From Candidatus Latescibacterota bacterium (GTDB taxonomy: Bacteria > Latescibacterota > UBA2968): DNA of 64,000 nucleotides. Position numbers and translations under genes: made by a program. The stretch lies in the NCBI GenBank assembly GCA_965208125.1, contig OZ242320.1, positions 5,280,001 to 5,344,000 on the forward strand, in the 5' to 3' direction. Positions within the stretch are counted from its first letter, which is position 1, and every line of letters begins with the position of its first letter. The notes under the pieces were generated by a model. The model worked only from the letters and a program-made list of their open reading frames with translations, was not told the origin of the DNA and made no database searches. This document shows positions 28,004-39,082 of this stretch, piece after piece.

Positions 28004-28223
28004 GCAAAAGTAATGTCTCTTGCGCCACGCCCCGTTTAAACAGCAATATCAGATTCCGTCTTCACCAATCCTTCGCAAAGCTTCAGAACCGTGCAATAAG
28101 CGGTGGATTTTTACACCTCTTCTTTAATCCAAATTCCAGTTTTTTTTCAACTTGACAACCATTCTTTCCCTGATGATATTCTTTTTATCTTTAAGTATTC
28201 ACCCTTGAAATCAGTGGCCGCAT

Positions 28224-28853
28224 ATGCCCAGAAAACGACTCACACAGGCCGAACGGCGTACCCAAATTATCGAAGTGGCGATGACGCTTTTCGCCACCAA
28301 TGGATTTACCGGTACCACCACGCGTGCCATTGCCCGTGCGGCAGATGTTTCGGAAGCCATTATCTTCAGGCATTTTGAGACCAAAGAAGACCTCTACAAC
28401 GCCATTATCACATACACAGTTGAAAAACGTTCAGAACAGTGGGATCAAGACACAATCCCTCCGCCAGACCCACGCAATATCGAACACCTCTTGCGCGACT
28501 TTGCCCAGACATTTGTCAATCGCAATCGCAGAGACTCAACGTTCATACGCCTGATGATGTACAGCGCACTCGAAGATCACAAATTTCGAGAAAAATTTTT
28601 CACAATTTACAGCAACCCCTACATGCGATCCATTCGCCAGGCCATTCAAACCGGTGTCGATCAGGGCCAGTTTTGCGCGGTTGATCCGGCAGAATCGCTT
28701 CGCTCTTTCTTCTTTGCACTCCTGCAACACTGCATCAGCCGTTTTGTTGCGAGAAATGAAACCGATATGCCAGAACGCGATGACGCCATGATTGAAAATC
28801 TCGTGACAATTTTTGTGCGCGGATTGCGAATAGACGACAATCAGAAAAGCTAA
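28224..28853 (+). CDS. TetR/AcrR family transcriptional regulator
   Basis: 'RRTQIIEVAMTLFATNGFTGTTTRAIARAADVSEAIIFRHFETKEDLY'. Confidence 0.95.
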   Translation: MPRKRLTQAERRTQIIEVAMTLFATNGFTGTTTRAIARAADVSEAIIFRHFETKEDLYNAIITYTVEKRSEQWDQDTIPPPDPRNIEHLLRDFAQTFVNRNRRDSTFIRLMMYSALEDHKFREKFFTIYSNPYMRSIRQAIQTGVDQGQFCAVDPAESLRSFFFALLQHCISRFVARNETDMPERDDAMIENLVTIFVRGLRIDDNQKS

Positions 28854-28861
28854 TCCTCCTC

Positions 28862-30217
28862 ATGATCGATTTACGCTTTCTCGAAGAAGGCAAAGCAATT
28901 CGGGATCCCATTTGGGGCTATATCCACATACCGCCTGATTTTTTACCCCTCGTTGATGCCGAAGAATTTCAACGCCTTCGCGATATATCACAACTCGGGC
29001 ACGTCTTGCTCGTGTATCCCGGAGCTCGCCACTCGCGTTTTGAACACACTTTAGGTGTGTTTCACATTACGGGCCATTTCCTCAAGCAATTGCTTAAAAC
29101 CCAGCCCCCTCCCAATATTGATATCGACGACGTACGCGTGCTTCTCGCGGCGAGTTTGTTGCACGACATCGGCCATTATCCCTTTTCGCATCTGCTCGAA
29201 GAAATGCAGATGTTTTTTATTGACCATGAAATGCGGGGCCGCTACATCATTGAAGATCCAAATACAGAAGTTCATGCCGCGCTACTCAAAGTGGGTATTG
29301 ATCCCCAGCGCGTTGCAAATGTCATCGATTATCATCAGCGCACCATCCCCGACCGCGATACGCGCCTTGCCCATATTCTCAGCGGCACGCTCGATCCCGA
29401 CAAAATCGACTATCTTCTGCGCGACGCGCGCTACTGCGGCGTCCCATTTGGCGAGAGCGTGAACAGAGACCGCCTCCTATCCTCAATTACATACCATCAT
29501 GCAACACAGCGACCGGCCATCACTTACAAAGGCGTATCTGCAACTGAAGCACTCATCTTTACCAGTTATCTGATGTATCGCAATGTCTATTGGCACCACG
29601 CGGTGCGCTCTGCCAATGCCATGTTCAAACGCGGGGTACAGGACCTTTTGGCACATCCCAACTGTTCGCTGACGGAAAATGATTTTGACCGCGCCACCGA
29701 ATCTGACCTGCTTCACCGTCTCGAAAAAGAACACATCGAACTCGGGCTCTCTTACCGAACCAGCCTGATTGGCCGTCTCAAAAGACGCAAGCTCTTCAAA
29801 GTTGCCCGCATATTCTTTCCCCATGAATACGCGCAACACCTCATAAATTTATTTCGTCGCCTCTATAATGCGCCCGACCAGAGGCGCGAACTTGAGAGGG
29901 CCTTTTGTACCCACCTTTCTTCAAAGCACAATCTCAACCTCTGCGGCAATGAAATACTCCTCGACATTCTCCAATTTGACAAAAGTCCCGAAGTAGATCT
30001 CAAAGTCTTTTTTGACGCCCACATTCCCGTAGAAAAATCAGAACCCCTGAGCTTTGACGACCCGGAAGTCTCGTTGCTCAAAAATTATCTGATCGACAAT
30101 TTTGAAGCACAGGCCAAAGTGGTGCGTATCTTCTGCGACGATATTCCCAAATTGCGTCAGGCCGTGCGCGACGAAGCCTTCGCCTTTCTTAAAAACTGGG
30201 GCATAGTCAGAACTTGA
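28862..30217 (+). CDS. HD-domain phosphohydrolase (SAMHD1/dNTPase-like family)
   Basis: IRDPIWG, FQRLR.I.QLG, YPGARHSRFEHTLG, LLHDIGHYPFSH, DPDKIDYLLRD, MYRNVYWH. Confidence 0.92.
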   Translation: MIDLRFLEEGKAIRDPIWGYIHIPPDFLPLVDAEEFQRLRDISQLGHVLLVYPGARHSRFEHTLGVFHITGHFLKQLLKTQPPPNIDIDDVRVLLAASLLHDIGHYPFSHLLEEMQMFFIDHEMRGRYIIEDPNTEVHAALLKVGIDPQRVANVIDYHQRTIPDRDTRLAHILSGTLDPDKIDYLLRDARYCGVPFGESVNRDRLLSSITYHHATQRPAITYKGVSATEALIFTSYLMYRNVYWHHAVRSANAMFKRGVQDLLAHPNCSLTENDFDRATESDLLHRLEKEHIELGLSYRTSLIGRLKRRKLFKVARIFFPHEYAQHLINLFRRLYNAPDQRRELERAFCTHLSSKHNLNLCGNEILLDILQFDKSPEVDLKVFFDAHIPVEKSEPLSFDDPEVSLLKNYLIDNFEAQAKVVRIFCDDIPKLRQAVRDEAFAFLKNWGIVRT

Positions 30218-30290
30218 TAAAATAGTCGGAAAGTTTTATATTCGGATTTCAAACAAATAAGTCACTCTCACCTTTACCTGGATTTATTGT

Positions 30291-31220
30291 ATGAAAAAAT
30301 ATCTAACTTTAATGTTTATCTCCCACAATGAAGGTTATATCAAAGAATACCATCTCTCACGCCCGAAATTTATCGGCATTATAAGTGCATTATGCCTGCT
30401 CCTGTTGCTCTCACTCGGTTATGTTGCCACAATTGGCAAGAGAGAAAGACTCGCCGAACTCAAGGAGGAAAATACAGCACTCCAACGCGAATTTGCCTTA
30501 ATTCAAGAAGAATTGAAAAACATGCGCCACAACATGGACCAGCTACAGGAAAAAGATCGCATCATGCGCGCCTGGGTTGATCTGTCCGAACCGAGTGACG
30601 AAGTCCGTCAAATAGGTGTGGGAGGAGGAGGCGATGCCATACTGCCAGAATGGGAACAGGCCGTTTCAGACGACATCTCAGACCTTCTAACTGATAACCG
30701 CACTAATATGGACCAACTCTTGCGAGAGGCACACTTCCTGCAAGCCAGTTTTGATACGATTTTGACAGTGCTCAGCAAAGACATCCAAATACGTCAGCAC
30801 ATACCTTCAATTACCCCCGTAAGGATGGAAAATCCGAGAATATCATCGGGATTTGGCTTCCGTCGCGATCCATTCACCGGGCGCAAACAATTTCACTTTG
30901 GCATCGATTATCCCGGTCGCAGGGGCACGCCTATTATCGCCACAGCCGATGGTAAAATAGATAAAATTGATCACAACAGTCGTTTGGGATGGTATGTGAT
31001 TATCGACCACGGCTATGGCCTGAAAACCCTGTATGGACACCTGAACAGAAAGCCACATGTCAAGCTCGGAACGCGCGTCAAACGCGGTGAAAAGATCGGC
31101 GAGATGGGCAGAACAGGACGCTCAACAGCTCCTCATCTCCACTACTCAGTCTACAAAAATGGCGATCCCGAAAATCCCAAACACTACATCTTTGATCAAA
31201 AAACGCGCTCTTTGTTTTAG
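30291..31220 (+). CDS. M23 family metallopeptidase (TM plus coiled coil)
   Basis: SSGFGFRRDPFTG, HFGIDY, TLYGHL, GRTGRSTAPHLHY. Confidence 0.93.
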   Translation: MKKYLTLMFISHNEGYIKEYHLSRPKFIGIISALCLLLLLSLGYVATIGKRERLAELKEENTALQREFALIQEELKNMRHNMDQLQEKDRIMRAWVDLSEPSDEVRQIGVGGGGDAILPEWEQAVSDDISDLLTDNRTNMDQLLREAHFLQASFDTILTVLSKDIQIRQHIPSITPVRMENPRISSGFGFRRDPFTGRKQFHFGIDYPGRRGTPIIATADGKIDKIDHNSRLGWYVIIDHGYGLKTLYGHLNRKPHVKLGTRVKRGEKIGEMGRTGRSTAPHLHYSVYKNGDPENPKHYIFDQKTRSLF

Positions 31221-31238
31221 CGAATCAGAAGGGGAACT

Positions 31239-32543
31239 ATGAGTTCCAGTACACTTTCCGTTTACAGTTCGCTATTTGTCGCAACGGTCTGGTCTGGCCA
31301 TCCCGTCGGATTTGATCTATTGACCCACGGCGATGTGCAGTTTATCGCGTTTTACAATGCCGAGCGCAAAATGACCGTTGGAATGCGAAAGATAGATGAA
31401 GAAACATGGACATTTGCACACCCAGAAGGTATATGGCTGGAGAATCGGGACCGACTGTCTTCGGAGGTCGGATGGGACAGTCACAATTCACTGACCATGG
31501 CCATCGACGACGATGGCCATATTCATTTGTGCGGCAATATGCATGTGGATCCCTTGATCTATTTTCGCACAACGCGGCCACTCGATGTCACGAGTTTTGA
31601 ACGCATAGACTTTATGGTCGGCCAAAATGAGGATCGCTGTACCTACCCCGTGTTCATGCGCGGCCCAAATAATGAATTAATTTTTCGATATCGAGATGGT
31701 AAAAGCGGCAATGGGGTCGATTTTTACAATGTATATGATGTCCAGACAAATACGTGGCACCGAATGCACAGTACGCCGTTGCTCGATGGCCTCGACCGCA
31801 TGAACGCCTACGCGCGCATGCCGGAAAAAGGACCAGACGGAATTTATCACATGGTCTGGATCTGGCGCAATACACCCGATTGTGCGACCAATCACAACAT
31901 TTCTTATGCCCGCAGTCCAGACCTCATATCCTGGGAAACAGGCGGCGGCGACGCACTAACTTTGCCAATTACAATAGAAAGCGGTGCCACCGTCGATCCC
32001 GTACCCCCTGGAGGGGGATTGATCAACATGACGCAATCTCTGGGCTTTGACGACCAGAAGCGCGCCGTGATCAGCTATCACAAACACGACGAAAATGGAT
32101 ACACACAAGCCTATTGTGCGCGTTTGGAAAATGGCGAGTGGATATTTTACAAGGTGAGCAATTGGACCTATCGATGGGAATTTGGGGGCGGCGGCTCTAT
32201 CGGTGCAGAAATACGATTGGGCGGTATCCAGGCAGAGGCCGATGGGAATCTCAGCCTGCATTACTGGCATGTAAAAGAAGGCCAGGAAATCTGGAAATTG
32301 CACCCCAAAACCCTGCAAGTTATCGGGACATACCCACCACCCGATAACGAGATCCCCAGTGAATTGGAACGAGTAACGTCTGATTATCCGGGCATGACTG
32401 TCAACCTGCGCGGTGCTCGCGGCAAAGGAACACGCCCCAATGAGCAATACGTCTTGCGTTGGGAAACACTGGACCGCAACCGCGACAGACCCAGAGAAAA
32501 AATCCCACCGCCGAGTGAATTGAGACTCTATATCCTTCGTTAA
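31239..32543 (+). CDS. BNR-4 repeat beta-propeller protein (polysaccharide-lyase-like)
   Basis: 'DSHNSLTMAIDDDGHIHLCGNMH', 'TYPVF', 'FRYRDGKSGNG', Asp-box-like 'SYARSPDLISW'. Confidence 0.75.
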   Translation: MSSSTLSVYSSLFVATVWSGHPVGFDLLTHGDVQFIAFYNAERKMTVGMRKIDEETWTFAHPEGIWLENRDRLSSEVGWDSHNSLTMAIDDDGHIHLCGNMHVDPLIYFRTTRPLDVTSFERIDFMVGQNEDRCTYPVFMRGPNNELIFRYRDGKSGNGVDFYNVYDVQTNTWHRMHSTPLLDGLDRMNAYARMPEKGPDGIYHMVWIWRNTPDCATNHNISYARSPDLISWETGGGDALTLPITIESGATVDPVPPGGGLINMTQSLGFDDQKRAVISYHKHDENGYTQAYCARLENGEWIFYKVSNWTYRWEFGGGGSIGAEIRLGGIQAEADGNLSLHYWHVKEGQEIWKLHPKTLQVIGTYPPPDNEIPSELERVTSDYPGMTVNLRGARGKGTRPNEQYVLRWETLDRNRDRPREKIPPPSELRLYILR

Positions 32544-32594
32544 AAATAAAAAATGCCCTCCGATAATCACCGGGGGGCTTTTGAGTTGCGCTCG

Positions 32595-33848
32595 TTAGGC
32601 GCCAAGTGCCCAACCCACAGGCAGTGCCACAATGCCATCGCCCAGATCGTGAATGCGGGGGTCGTTAGAGAGCACCAGTCCCTGCAGAATGGGCTTGTCT
32701 AAAATTTCGTCGAGTTTGCGCAAATGGCGGGCATCTGTGAAAGCAACGCGTTCCGCCATTTTTATTTCGATAGGCACAAAGCCCTGCTCGGTTTCGAGTA
32801 GCAAATCGACTTCGCGTCCATCTGCCGTGCGCAGATGGTAACAATCAATGGGCAACCGGCTATTTTGAATTTGTTTGTAAATTTCGGCAATAATAGCACT
32901 TTCAAATTCATGGCCTGTGGGTTGGCCACGTCGATTGAGCAACGCACGCTGGATGCCGGGATCGAGAAAATGAACTTTTGGTGCTTTGGACAGGCGTTTA
33001 TTCAGGTTGCGAAACCACGGTTGTAACAAAATGACCTGGTAGCTTATTTCGAGATATGAGATGAAGCGTTTGACGGTTTTAGATGTAACGCCGGCAAGTT
33101 GTGCCAATTCATTCATGTTGAGCAACACGCCAGTTAGCCCTGCCAATGCACGCTGCATGCGAGCAAAAGGAGTCAGATCGCGCAGATTGGCGAGATCGCG
33201 CAAGTCGCGCTGAAGATAGGTTTGAATGTAGTCGTGCAACCAATCGTATTTATCAGGGATGGTGAGCAGGGGATCAACGACGGCTGGCATAGCACCAAAA
33301 TTCAGATAATGTGCCATGTGATGTGCTACCCGTGCGTAGCGTTCGCTTTGGAGTGGCATACCCGAATACAAAATATCGCGTTCACCTGTTTTTAGGAAAT
33401 GGATGAATCTGGAATCCACAATAGTGTCATCCCAGGAATCTGTCAGCATTTCCGGCAATGTGAGAGGGTAAAGCTCAATAAGGGAGATACGCCCGGCTAA
33501 ACTTTCACGGATCTGTTCCATTAACAGGATTTGGCTGGAACCGAGCAAGATACTGCGAGCATCGAGATACTGATCGTAAACGGCTTTGATAGACTCTATG
33601 ATCGCAGGTGCTTTTTGCACTTCGTCCAGAATGACATTTGGATACTGTTGATACCACTGTGCAGCCGAAAGCACAGTGAAATCTGGGCGCGTGATCGGAT
33701 CATCGAGGGAAATGTATGAATAATCGGAAAATCCCGTTTGTACCAGTGTGGTCTTGCCCGTTTGTCGCGCACCTGTCAAAGCAATGAGACGCCCCAATCT
33801 GGAAGCGGATCTTTGTTTGATAAGTGATAGGATGGTTCTATTTTTCAC
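32595..33848 (-). CDS. AAA_14 ATPase with DUF4143 domain
   Basis: TGARQTGKTTL, LDEVQ, LGSS, ESLAGR, G.MP, 'KAPKVHFLDPG', 'EVDLL...PIEIK' (PD-(D/E)xK-like). Confidence 0.92.
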   Translation of the reverse strand: MKNRTILSLIKQRSASRLGRLIALTGARQTGKTTLVQTGFSDYSYISLDDPITRPDFTVLSAAQWYQQYPNVILDEVQKAPAIIESIKAVYDQYLDARSILLGSSQILLMEQIRESLAGRISLIELYPLTLPEMLTDSWDDTIVDSRFIHFLKTGERDILYSGMPLQSERYARVAHHMAHYLNFGAMPAVVDPLLTIPDKYDWLHDYIQTYLQRDLRDLANLRDLTPFARMQRALAGLTGVLLNMNELAQLAGVTSKTVKRFISYLEISYQVILLQPWFRNLNKRLSKAPKVHFLDPGIQRALLNRRGQPTGHEFESAIIAEIYKQIQNSRLPIDCYHLRTADGREVDLLLETEQGFVPIEIKMAERVAFTDARHLRKLDEILDKPILQGLVLSNDPRIHDLGDGIVALPVGWALGA

Positions 33849-33862
33849 TTTATCACCTCTTT

Positions 33863-33933
33863 TGGCGTAAATTTTGGACTTCTATTCCACAATTTACGCT
33901 AAAATTTGGAATAAACAACTATAATTTACGCCA
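33863..33933. repeat. Imperfect 32-bp tandem repeat with an 11-bp inverted repeat, probable operator
   Basis: Units at 33868-33899 and 33900-33931 (TAAAwTTTGGA-N12-AATTTACGC); TGGCGTAAATT (33863) versus AATTTACGCCA (33923). Confidence 0.7.
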
Positions 33934-34045
33934 TAATGTCCAAATAGATGTGATTTGCAGGGGGGATTTTTTGTTTGGAGATGAGGTTTCATAACTTATT
34001 TTTTACATATATACGTTTTGTGAGTACTTCAAAAAAGGAGACAAC

Positions 34046-34996
34046 ATGAGTTCTGATACATTTCGCGGGGTATTTACCATACCCTCAACGCCGTTTAAGC
34101 AAAATGGAGATGTCGATTGGGGCGATCTCAAGCGCGTGCTGGATTTTTGTATCACCTGCGGCGCGCACGGAATTGTCTGGCCCGTAAATGCCAGTAGTTT
34201 TCCCGTATTGACCGACCAGGAACGCCTGCACGGGATGCAGATGGTCGTAGAACACACAGCCGGGCGCGTTCCAGTAATTCTCGGCGTTCAGGGGGCAAGT
34301 GGTCATCACGCGGCGATGTTCGCACGTCACGCGCAGGCATTGGAAGCCGATGGCGTCATCGCAATGGCTCCTTATATAGAGCCAATCGAAGACGAAGATG
34401 CGATGGTCCGCTATTATCAGGGAATAGACCGCGAAGTGGATATGCCAATTTTTATACAAAATCACACGCGGGGTAGCGAGTTATCAATCAATACAGTCGT
34501 GCGCTTAATCAACGAAGTAGAACACATAGAATACGTCAAAGAAGAGGTCTTCCCCCCAACGCACATGATTACGGGCTTAATCGAACAGGCCGGCCCAAAA
34601 TTGAAGGGCGTATTTGGCGGAGCCAGTGGACGCTATTTATTGCTCGAACACCCGCGCGGCGTAGCCGGACAAATGCCCGGCTGTCACATAACAGATGTCG
34701 TAGTGCGCCTGTGGAATGCATTAGAAGCGGGAGATTTGAAAGAGGCAAAACGGGTATATGGCATCATGGCACCATTGTTCGCGCTCGAGACAATAAAAGG
34801 CACAAATTATCCCGAAATACTGCGCCGACGCCAGGTCATCAAAAGTTCGCACAGCCGTTTGACAACCCGCTTTCCAACTCAAGATGCGTACGATCACGAA
34901 GCCCTTGACGATATATTGCGGGACCTGGAACCGCTATTTACCTGGAACGAAAAGCCACTGCTATACGGCCCACCCGAATGGCTTAAAGATCAATAA
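34046..34996 (+). CDS. Dihydrodipicolinate synthase / class I aldolase family protein
   Basis: 'GVFTIPSTPF..NGDVD', 'GRVPVILGV', 'APY', Schiff-base lysine in 'YVKEE'. Confidence 0.88.
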   Translation: MSSDTFRGVFTIPSTPFKQNGDVDWGDLKRVLDFCITCGAHGIVWPVNASSFPVLTDQERLHGMQMVVEHTAGRVPVILGVQGASGHHAAMFARHAQALEADGVIAMAPYIEPIEDEDAMVRYYQGIDREVDMPIFIQNHTRGSELSINTVVRLINEVEHIEYVKEEVFPPTHMITGLIEQAGPKLKGVFGGASGRYLLLEHPRGVAGQMPGCHITDVVVRLWNALEAGDLKEAKRVYGIMAPLFALETIKGTNYPEILRRRQVIKSSHSRLTTRFPTQDAYDHEALDDILRDLEPLFTWNEKPLLYGPPEWLKDQ

Positions 34997-35007
34997 AGGA
35001 GCAAAAA

Positions 35008-36357
35008 ATGTCGAACCCCCATCCCAATATCCTCTGGCTTTTTCTCGAAGATGTGAACCCGTGGATGAGTTGTTACGGCGACCAGACCGTACAAACGCCG
35101 AATATAGACGCGCTCGCTGCATCGGGTGTGCGATTTGATCGGGCGTATCAAACCTCTGGCGTATGCTCGCCTTCTCGCTCGGCGACGATTACGGGAATGT
35201 ATCAAACCACCATAGGCGCGCACAACCACAACAGTTCATACCCCCTTTTACCCGAAGGGATAAAGACAATACCCGAGTATTTTCGAGACGCCGGATATTA
35301 CACATTTAATGAGGGCAAAACGCATTACAATTTTGTCTTCGAGTTAGATGTTTTATTTAATCACCATGGGAGCATGGATTTCAAAGGGGCAGAAAACGGA
35401 AGCGACTGGTCCGGATGTCCCCAGAGCCAACCCTTCTTCGGACAAATCCAGCTTCGAGGCGGCAAAAGCATCGGCCTGCTCAAAGGACCGGGCATTGATC
35501 CCGCCTCGGTACCCGTGCCATCGTTCTATCCCGATCACGAAATCATCCGCAGAGAAATTGCCCTGCACTACGATTGTATCTCGCATACAGACCGACAGGT
35601 GGGATGGATTCTGGAACGATTAGAAGAAGATGGATTGCGCGAAAATACGATTATATTTTTATTTAGCGATCACGGGATGCGGTTGCCGCGGCACAAGCAA
35701 TTTATTTACGAAGGCGGCCACAAAGTTCCATTGATGATTTCCTGGCAGGGCAATACAGATATCGTAAAACCCGGAAGTGTGCGCTCCGACCTCGTCAGCG
35801 GCATTGACATCGGTCCCACTTCTCTCGCGCTTGCTGGTCTTGATGTGCCCGATTACATGGAAGGTCAAAATCTGTTTGGCGAACACTTTGTCGAACGGGA
35901 CTACGTAATTGCGGCAAAAGACCGCTGTGATTTCACAATAGATCGCATGCGCACGGTGCGCACCCAGCGGTATCGCTACGTGCGGAACTTTATGACAGAT
36001 CGCCCTTTTATGCAGGCGCAGTACCGCGATGGATCGGATTATATGGAACTGATGCGGACCATGCACGCCAACGGTGAACTAACGCCCGAGCAGGCATTTT
36101 TCTGGGCAGAGGAACGCATCGCAGAAGAGTTTTACGATTGTGACGCCGATCCCGAAGAGGTGAACAACCTCGTAGATGATCCAGACCATGCCGAAGCCTT
36201 GCAACACCACCGCGATATTCTGACACAGTGGATTGCCCAGACCGATGACAAAGGCCAATATCCCGAATCCGCAATCGGCTTGCGATGGGTGCTGAAGAAG
36301 TGGGGAGATAAATGTGTAAACCCTGAATATGATCCCATAAAAAAGGAGACACAATGA
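35008..36357 (+). CDS. Sulfatase (S1, Cys-type)
   Basis: [24 protein letters not shown]. Confidence 0.93.
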   Translation: MSNPHPNILWLFLEDVNPWMSCYGDQTVQTPNIDALAASGVRFDRAYQTSGVCSPSRSATITGMYQTTIGAHNHNSSYPLLPEGIKTIPEYFRDAGYYTFNEGKTHYNFVFELDVLFNHHGSMDFKGAENGSDWSGCPQSQPFFGQIQLRGGKSIGLLKGPGIDPASVPVPSFYPDHEIIRREIALHYDCISHTDRQVGWILERLEEDGLRENTIIFLFSDHGMRLPRHKQFIYEGGHKVPLMISWQGNTDIVKPGSVRSDLVSGIDIGPTSLALAGLDVPDYMEGQNLFGEHFVERDYVIAAKDRCDFTIDRMRTVRTQRYRYVRNFMTDRPFMQAQYRDGSDYMELMRTMHANGELTPEQAFFWAEERIAEEFYDCDADPEEVNNLVDDPDHAEALQHHRDILTQWIAQTDDKGQYPESAIGLRWVLKKWGDKCVNPEYDPIKKETQ

Positions 36358-38057
36358 CCAGACCAAACATTCTCGTAATCTTGACCGACGATCAGGGTTG
36401 GGGTGATTTGAGTGTACACGGCAACACAAATCTCAACACGCCAAATGTGGATTCACTCGCACGAGATGGCGCCCTATTCGACCGATTTTACGTCTGCCCG
36501 GTATGCGCGCCCACGCGGGCAGAGTTTTTGACGGGACGCTATCATCTGCGCGGCGGAGTCCACGGCGTAAGCACGGGCGCCGAGCGACTAAACCTCGATG
36601 AGACCACCATTGCCGACGTGTTCAAAGCCGCCGGATACGCTACGGGTGCCTATGGCAAGTGGCACAATGGCACGCAACACCCCTATCACCCGAACGCACG
36701 GGGATTTGACGAGTTTTTTGGGTTCTGCTCCGGACACTGGGGACAATATTTCGATGCCGAACTCGAGCACAACGGCGAACTCACGCGCGGAACGGGATAC
36801 TTGCCCGATGAGTGTACAGACCGCGCAATGGATTTTATGACAGCAAATGTCGAACGCGATCAACCCTTCTTCTGTTATCTCCCCTATAATATCCCACACA
36901 CCCCATTTCAAGTGCCCGACGAGTTTTACGATCCATTCCGCGACAAACCGATTGAGATGCGGGCGACCAATTCCGACCAGGAAGAAATAGTGCGCACGCG
37001 GGCGGCACTGGCTCTATGTGAAAATATCGATTGGAATGTGGGACGCTTACTGGACAAACTCGACGATTTGGGAATCGCGGAAGACACCATTGTATTTTAT
37101 TTCGGAGACAATGGGCCCAATGGCGCACGATGGAATGGCGGGATGAAAGGCACAAAAGGATCAACAGATGAAGGCGGCGTACGCGTGGCGGGCTTGATGC
37201 GCTGGAAGGGGCATATTCAAGCTGGTACAGTTATTGAAGAAATCGCCGGAGCGATTGATCTATTGCCCACATTTGCCGACCTTGCGGGTATCGACCTGAA
37301 AGTCGAAAAACCCCTGGATGGTCGCAGCCTCAAACCCCTGCTATTGGGTGAAGATGTCGAATGGTCTGACCGCATCATCCTATCACACCAGCGGGCACAA
37401 TTGAGCGCACGCAATCAGCGATTCCGATTGGACATAGAAGGCAAGTTATACGATATGGTCGCCGACGGTGGACAGACAACAGACGTGTCCGAAGAATATC
37501 CCGATGTTCACGCAGAATTGTCAGATGCAGTAGCAAAATATCACGCCGAAGTCTTGCCCGTCAACGACGACCGCCCCTTTGCCACGGGCTACTGGAAAAC
37601 GACCCGCTTGCCCGCGCGAGACGGCGTGCATCACGGCACAGTCCAGCGCAGTGCTGGTGCGCCCAACTGTTCTTATTTCACGCACTGGACTCAGGTGGGT
37701 GATCGGATGACCTGGGATATCGAAGTCGGCACAACGGGCGACTATGAAGCGGCGGTTTATTATACATGCCCGGAAGAAGATATAGGATCAACCGTCGAAC
37801 TGGCATTTCACCCCGCGCACGGTCAGACGACAAAAGTGCAAGGACAGGTAACCGACGCACACGACCCACCACAAATCGGCGCAGCAGATGACCGCTATCC
37901 CCGCGGCGGCGAGTCCTATGTGAAAGATTTCGAGCCATTGACATTGGGAACACTCCATCTAAGCGCGGGCAGAGGCACATTGACCTTGCGCGCCCTCGAC
38001 GTACTCCATTCCCAGGTGATGGACGTGCGACGCGTGATGCTGACATTGAAGGAATAG
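36354..38057 (+). CDS. Arylsulfatase (S1, Cys-type) with a C-terminal beta-sandwich extension
   Basis: [39 protein letters not shown]. Confidence 0.93.
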   Translation: MTRPNILVILTDDQGWGDLSVHGNTNLNTPNVDSLARDGALFDRFYVCPVCAPTRAEFLTGRYHLRGGVHGVSTGAERLNLDETTIADVFKAAGYATGAYGKWHNGTQHPYHPNARGFDEFFGFCSGHWGQYFDAELEHNGELTRGTGYLPDECTDRAMDFMTANVERDQPFFCYLPYNIPHTPFQVPDEFYDPFRDKPIEMRATNSDQEEIVRTRAALALCENIDWNVGRLLDKLDDLGIAEDTIVFYFGDNGPNGARWNGGMKGTKGSTDEGGVRVAGLMRWKGHIQAGTVIEEIAGAIDLLPTFADLAGIDLKVEKPLDGRSLKPLLLGEDVEWSDRIILSHQRAQLSARNQRFRLDIEGKLYDMVADGGQTTDVSEEYPDVHAELSDAVAKYHAEVLPVNDDRPFATGYWKTTRLPARDGVHHGTVQRSAGAPNCSYFTHWTQVGDRMTWDIEVGTTGDYEAAVYYTCPEEDIGSTVELAFHPAHGQTTKVQGQVTDAHDPPQIGAADDRYPRGGESYVKDFEPLTLGTLHLSAGRGTLTLRALDVLHSQVMDVRRVMLTLKE

Positions 38058-38095
38058 TGAACGAGGTAGACGCGATTAAAAACGGAACTTTACAA

Positions 38096-38130
38096 TTTAC
38101 TCAAGACATTGAGTAAAATTACTCAAGACA
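38096..38130. promoter_or_regulatory. Putative operator made of overlapping inverted and direct repeats
   Basis: TTTACTCAA-gaca-TTGAGTAAA; TTACTCAAGACA occurs at 38097 and 38119. Confidence 0.65.
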
Positions 38131-38177
38131 CTTGGAAGGGAACTTATCAGAGGCCACGTTAACAAGGAAATCCAAAA

Positions 38178-39053
38178 ATGACCACCCCAAATTGGAATAT
38201 CCTCCCTAAAGAAACCATTCGGGAATTCGATGAAAAAGGCTGTCTGATTGTGCGCCGGGCACTCGATCAAAAAACGGTCGCACACTTGCTCGAAACATGT
38301 GACCGACTCATTGATAGCGACCTAAAAACAAACCGACAAACGCGCGAAAATGGATATTACGATGGCTTTCGCAACTGCATCGCCTTAGACGACGCCTTTC
38401 TACCCCTTCTCACACATCCCAAAATCTTCCCCATGGTCGTGCAATTCCTCGGCGCTTATCTTCACCTCACCACCTCACACCTGATTTACAAACACCCCGA
38501 CCCGCCTGGCACACCCGCTTTTGCCCGAGCACCAAACTGGCATCGCGATTACGGTCGCCTCAACAACGACCTCCAGAACGCGGCTCCCCGGGGCATGCTC
38601 AAATGCGCTTATTATCTTACAGACCTCACCGAATCCAATGCTGGCGCCACACTCGTCGTACCCGGAAGCAATCTATTGCGAGAACCTCTCGACATTCCCC
38701 CAAATGGCGATCCAGAAGGCGCATTCGAACCGCATTTCGAACCCGGAGACTGTCTCATCTTTGAAAATCGAACCTATCACGCTGGCGGTGTCAACCTCTC
38801 CGACCAGACCCGCAAAGTCATCATGTTCGGTTATGGCTACAGATGGCTTGCGCCCATAGATTACCGCGTCCAGCCCCAATCGCTATTGGACAAACTCGAT
38901 CCACTGGGCCAGTACCTCCTTGGCGAAACACTGGTCAAAACAGAAGAATATCAAACCAGCGGCGGTGAAACCCCGCTCAAACCCTGGTGCGAGCAAAATA
39001 ACCTGCCCCTCGTCAGACCACCAGTATGGCAAGAGGATCTGGCTCTTGCCTGA
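38178..39053 (+). CDS. Phytanoyl-CoA dioxygenase (PhyH) family Fe/2OG oxygenase
   Basis: WHRD, 'GAT.VVPGS', 'PGD.LIF....YHAG..N....R'. Confidence 0.88.
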   Translation: MTTPNWNILPKETIREFDEKGCLIVRRALDQKTVAHLLETCDRLIDSDLKTNRQTRENGYYDGFRNCIALDDAFLPLLTHPKIFPMVVQFLGAYLHLTTSHLIYKHPDPPGTPAFARAPNWHRDYGRLNNDLQNAAPRGMLKCAYYLTDLTESNAGATLVVPGSNLLREPLDIPPNGDPEGAFEPHFEPGDCLIFENRTYHAGGVNLSDQTRKVIMFGYGYRWLAPIDYRVQPQSLLDKLDPLGQYLLGETLVKTEEYQTSGGETPLKPWCEQNNLPLVRPPVWQEDLALA

Positions 39054-39082
39054 TTCGATCACAATAAAAAAGAAGGTTATTA

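Noticed and set aside
34046-34996. Calling the aldolase dapA
   Set aside because: The GTTGE motif is replaced by NASS, and the catabolic context fits a different class I aldolase.
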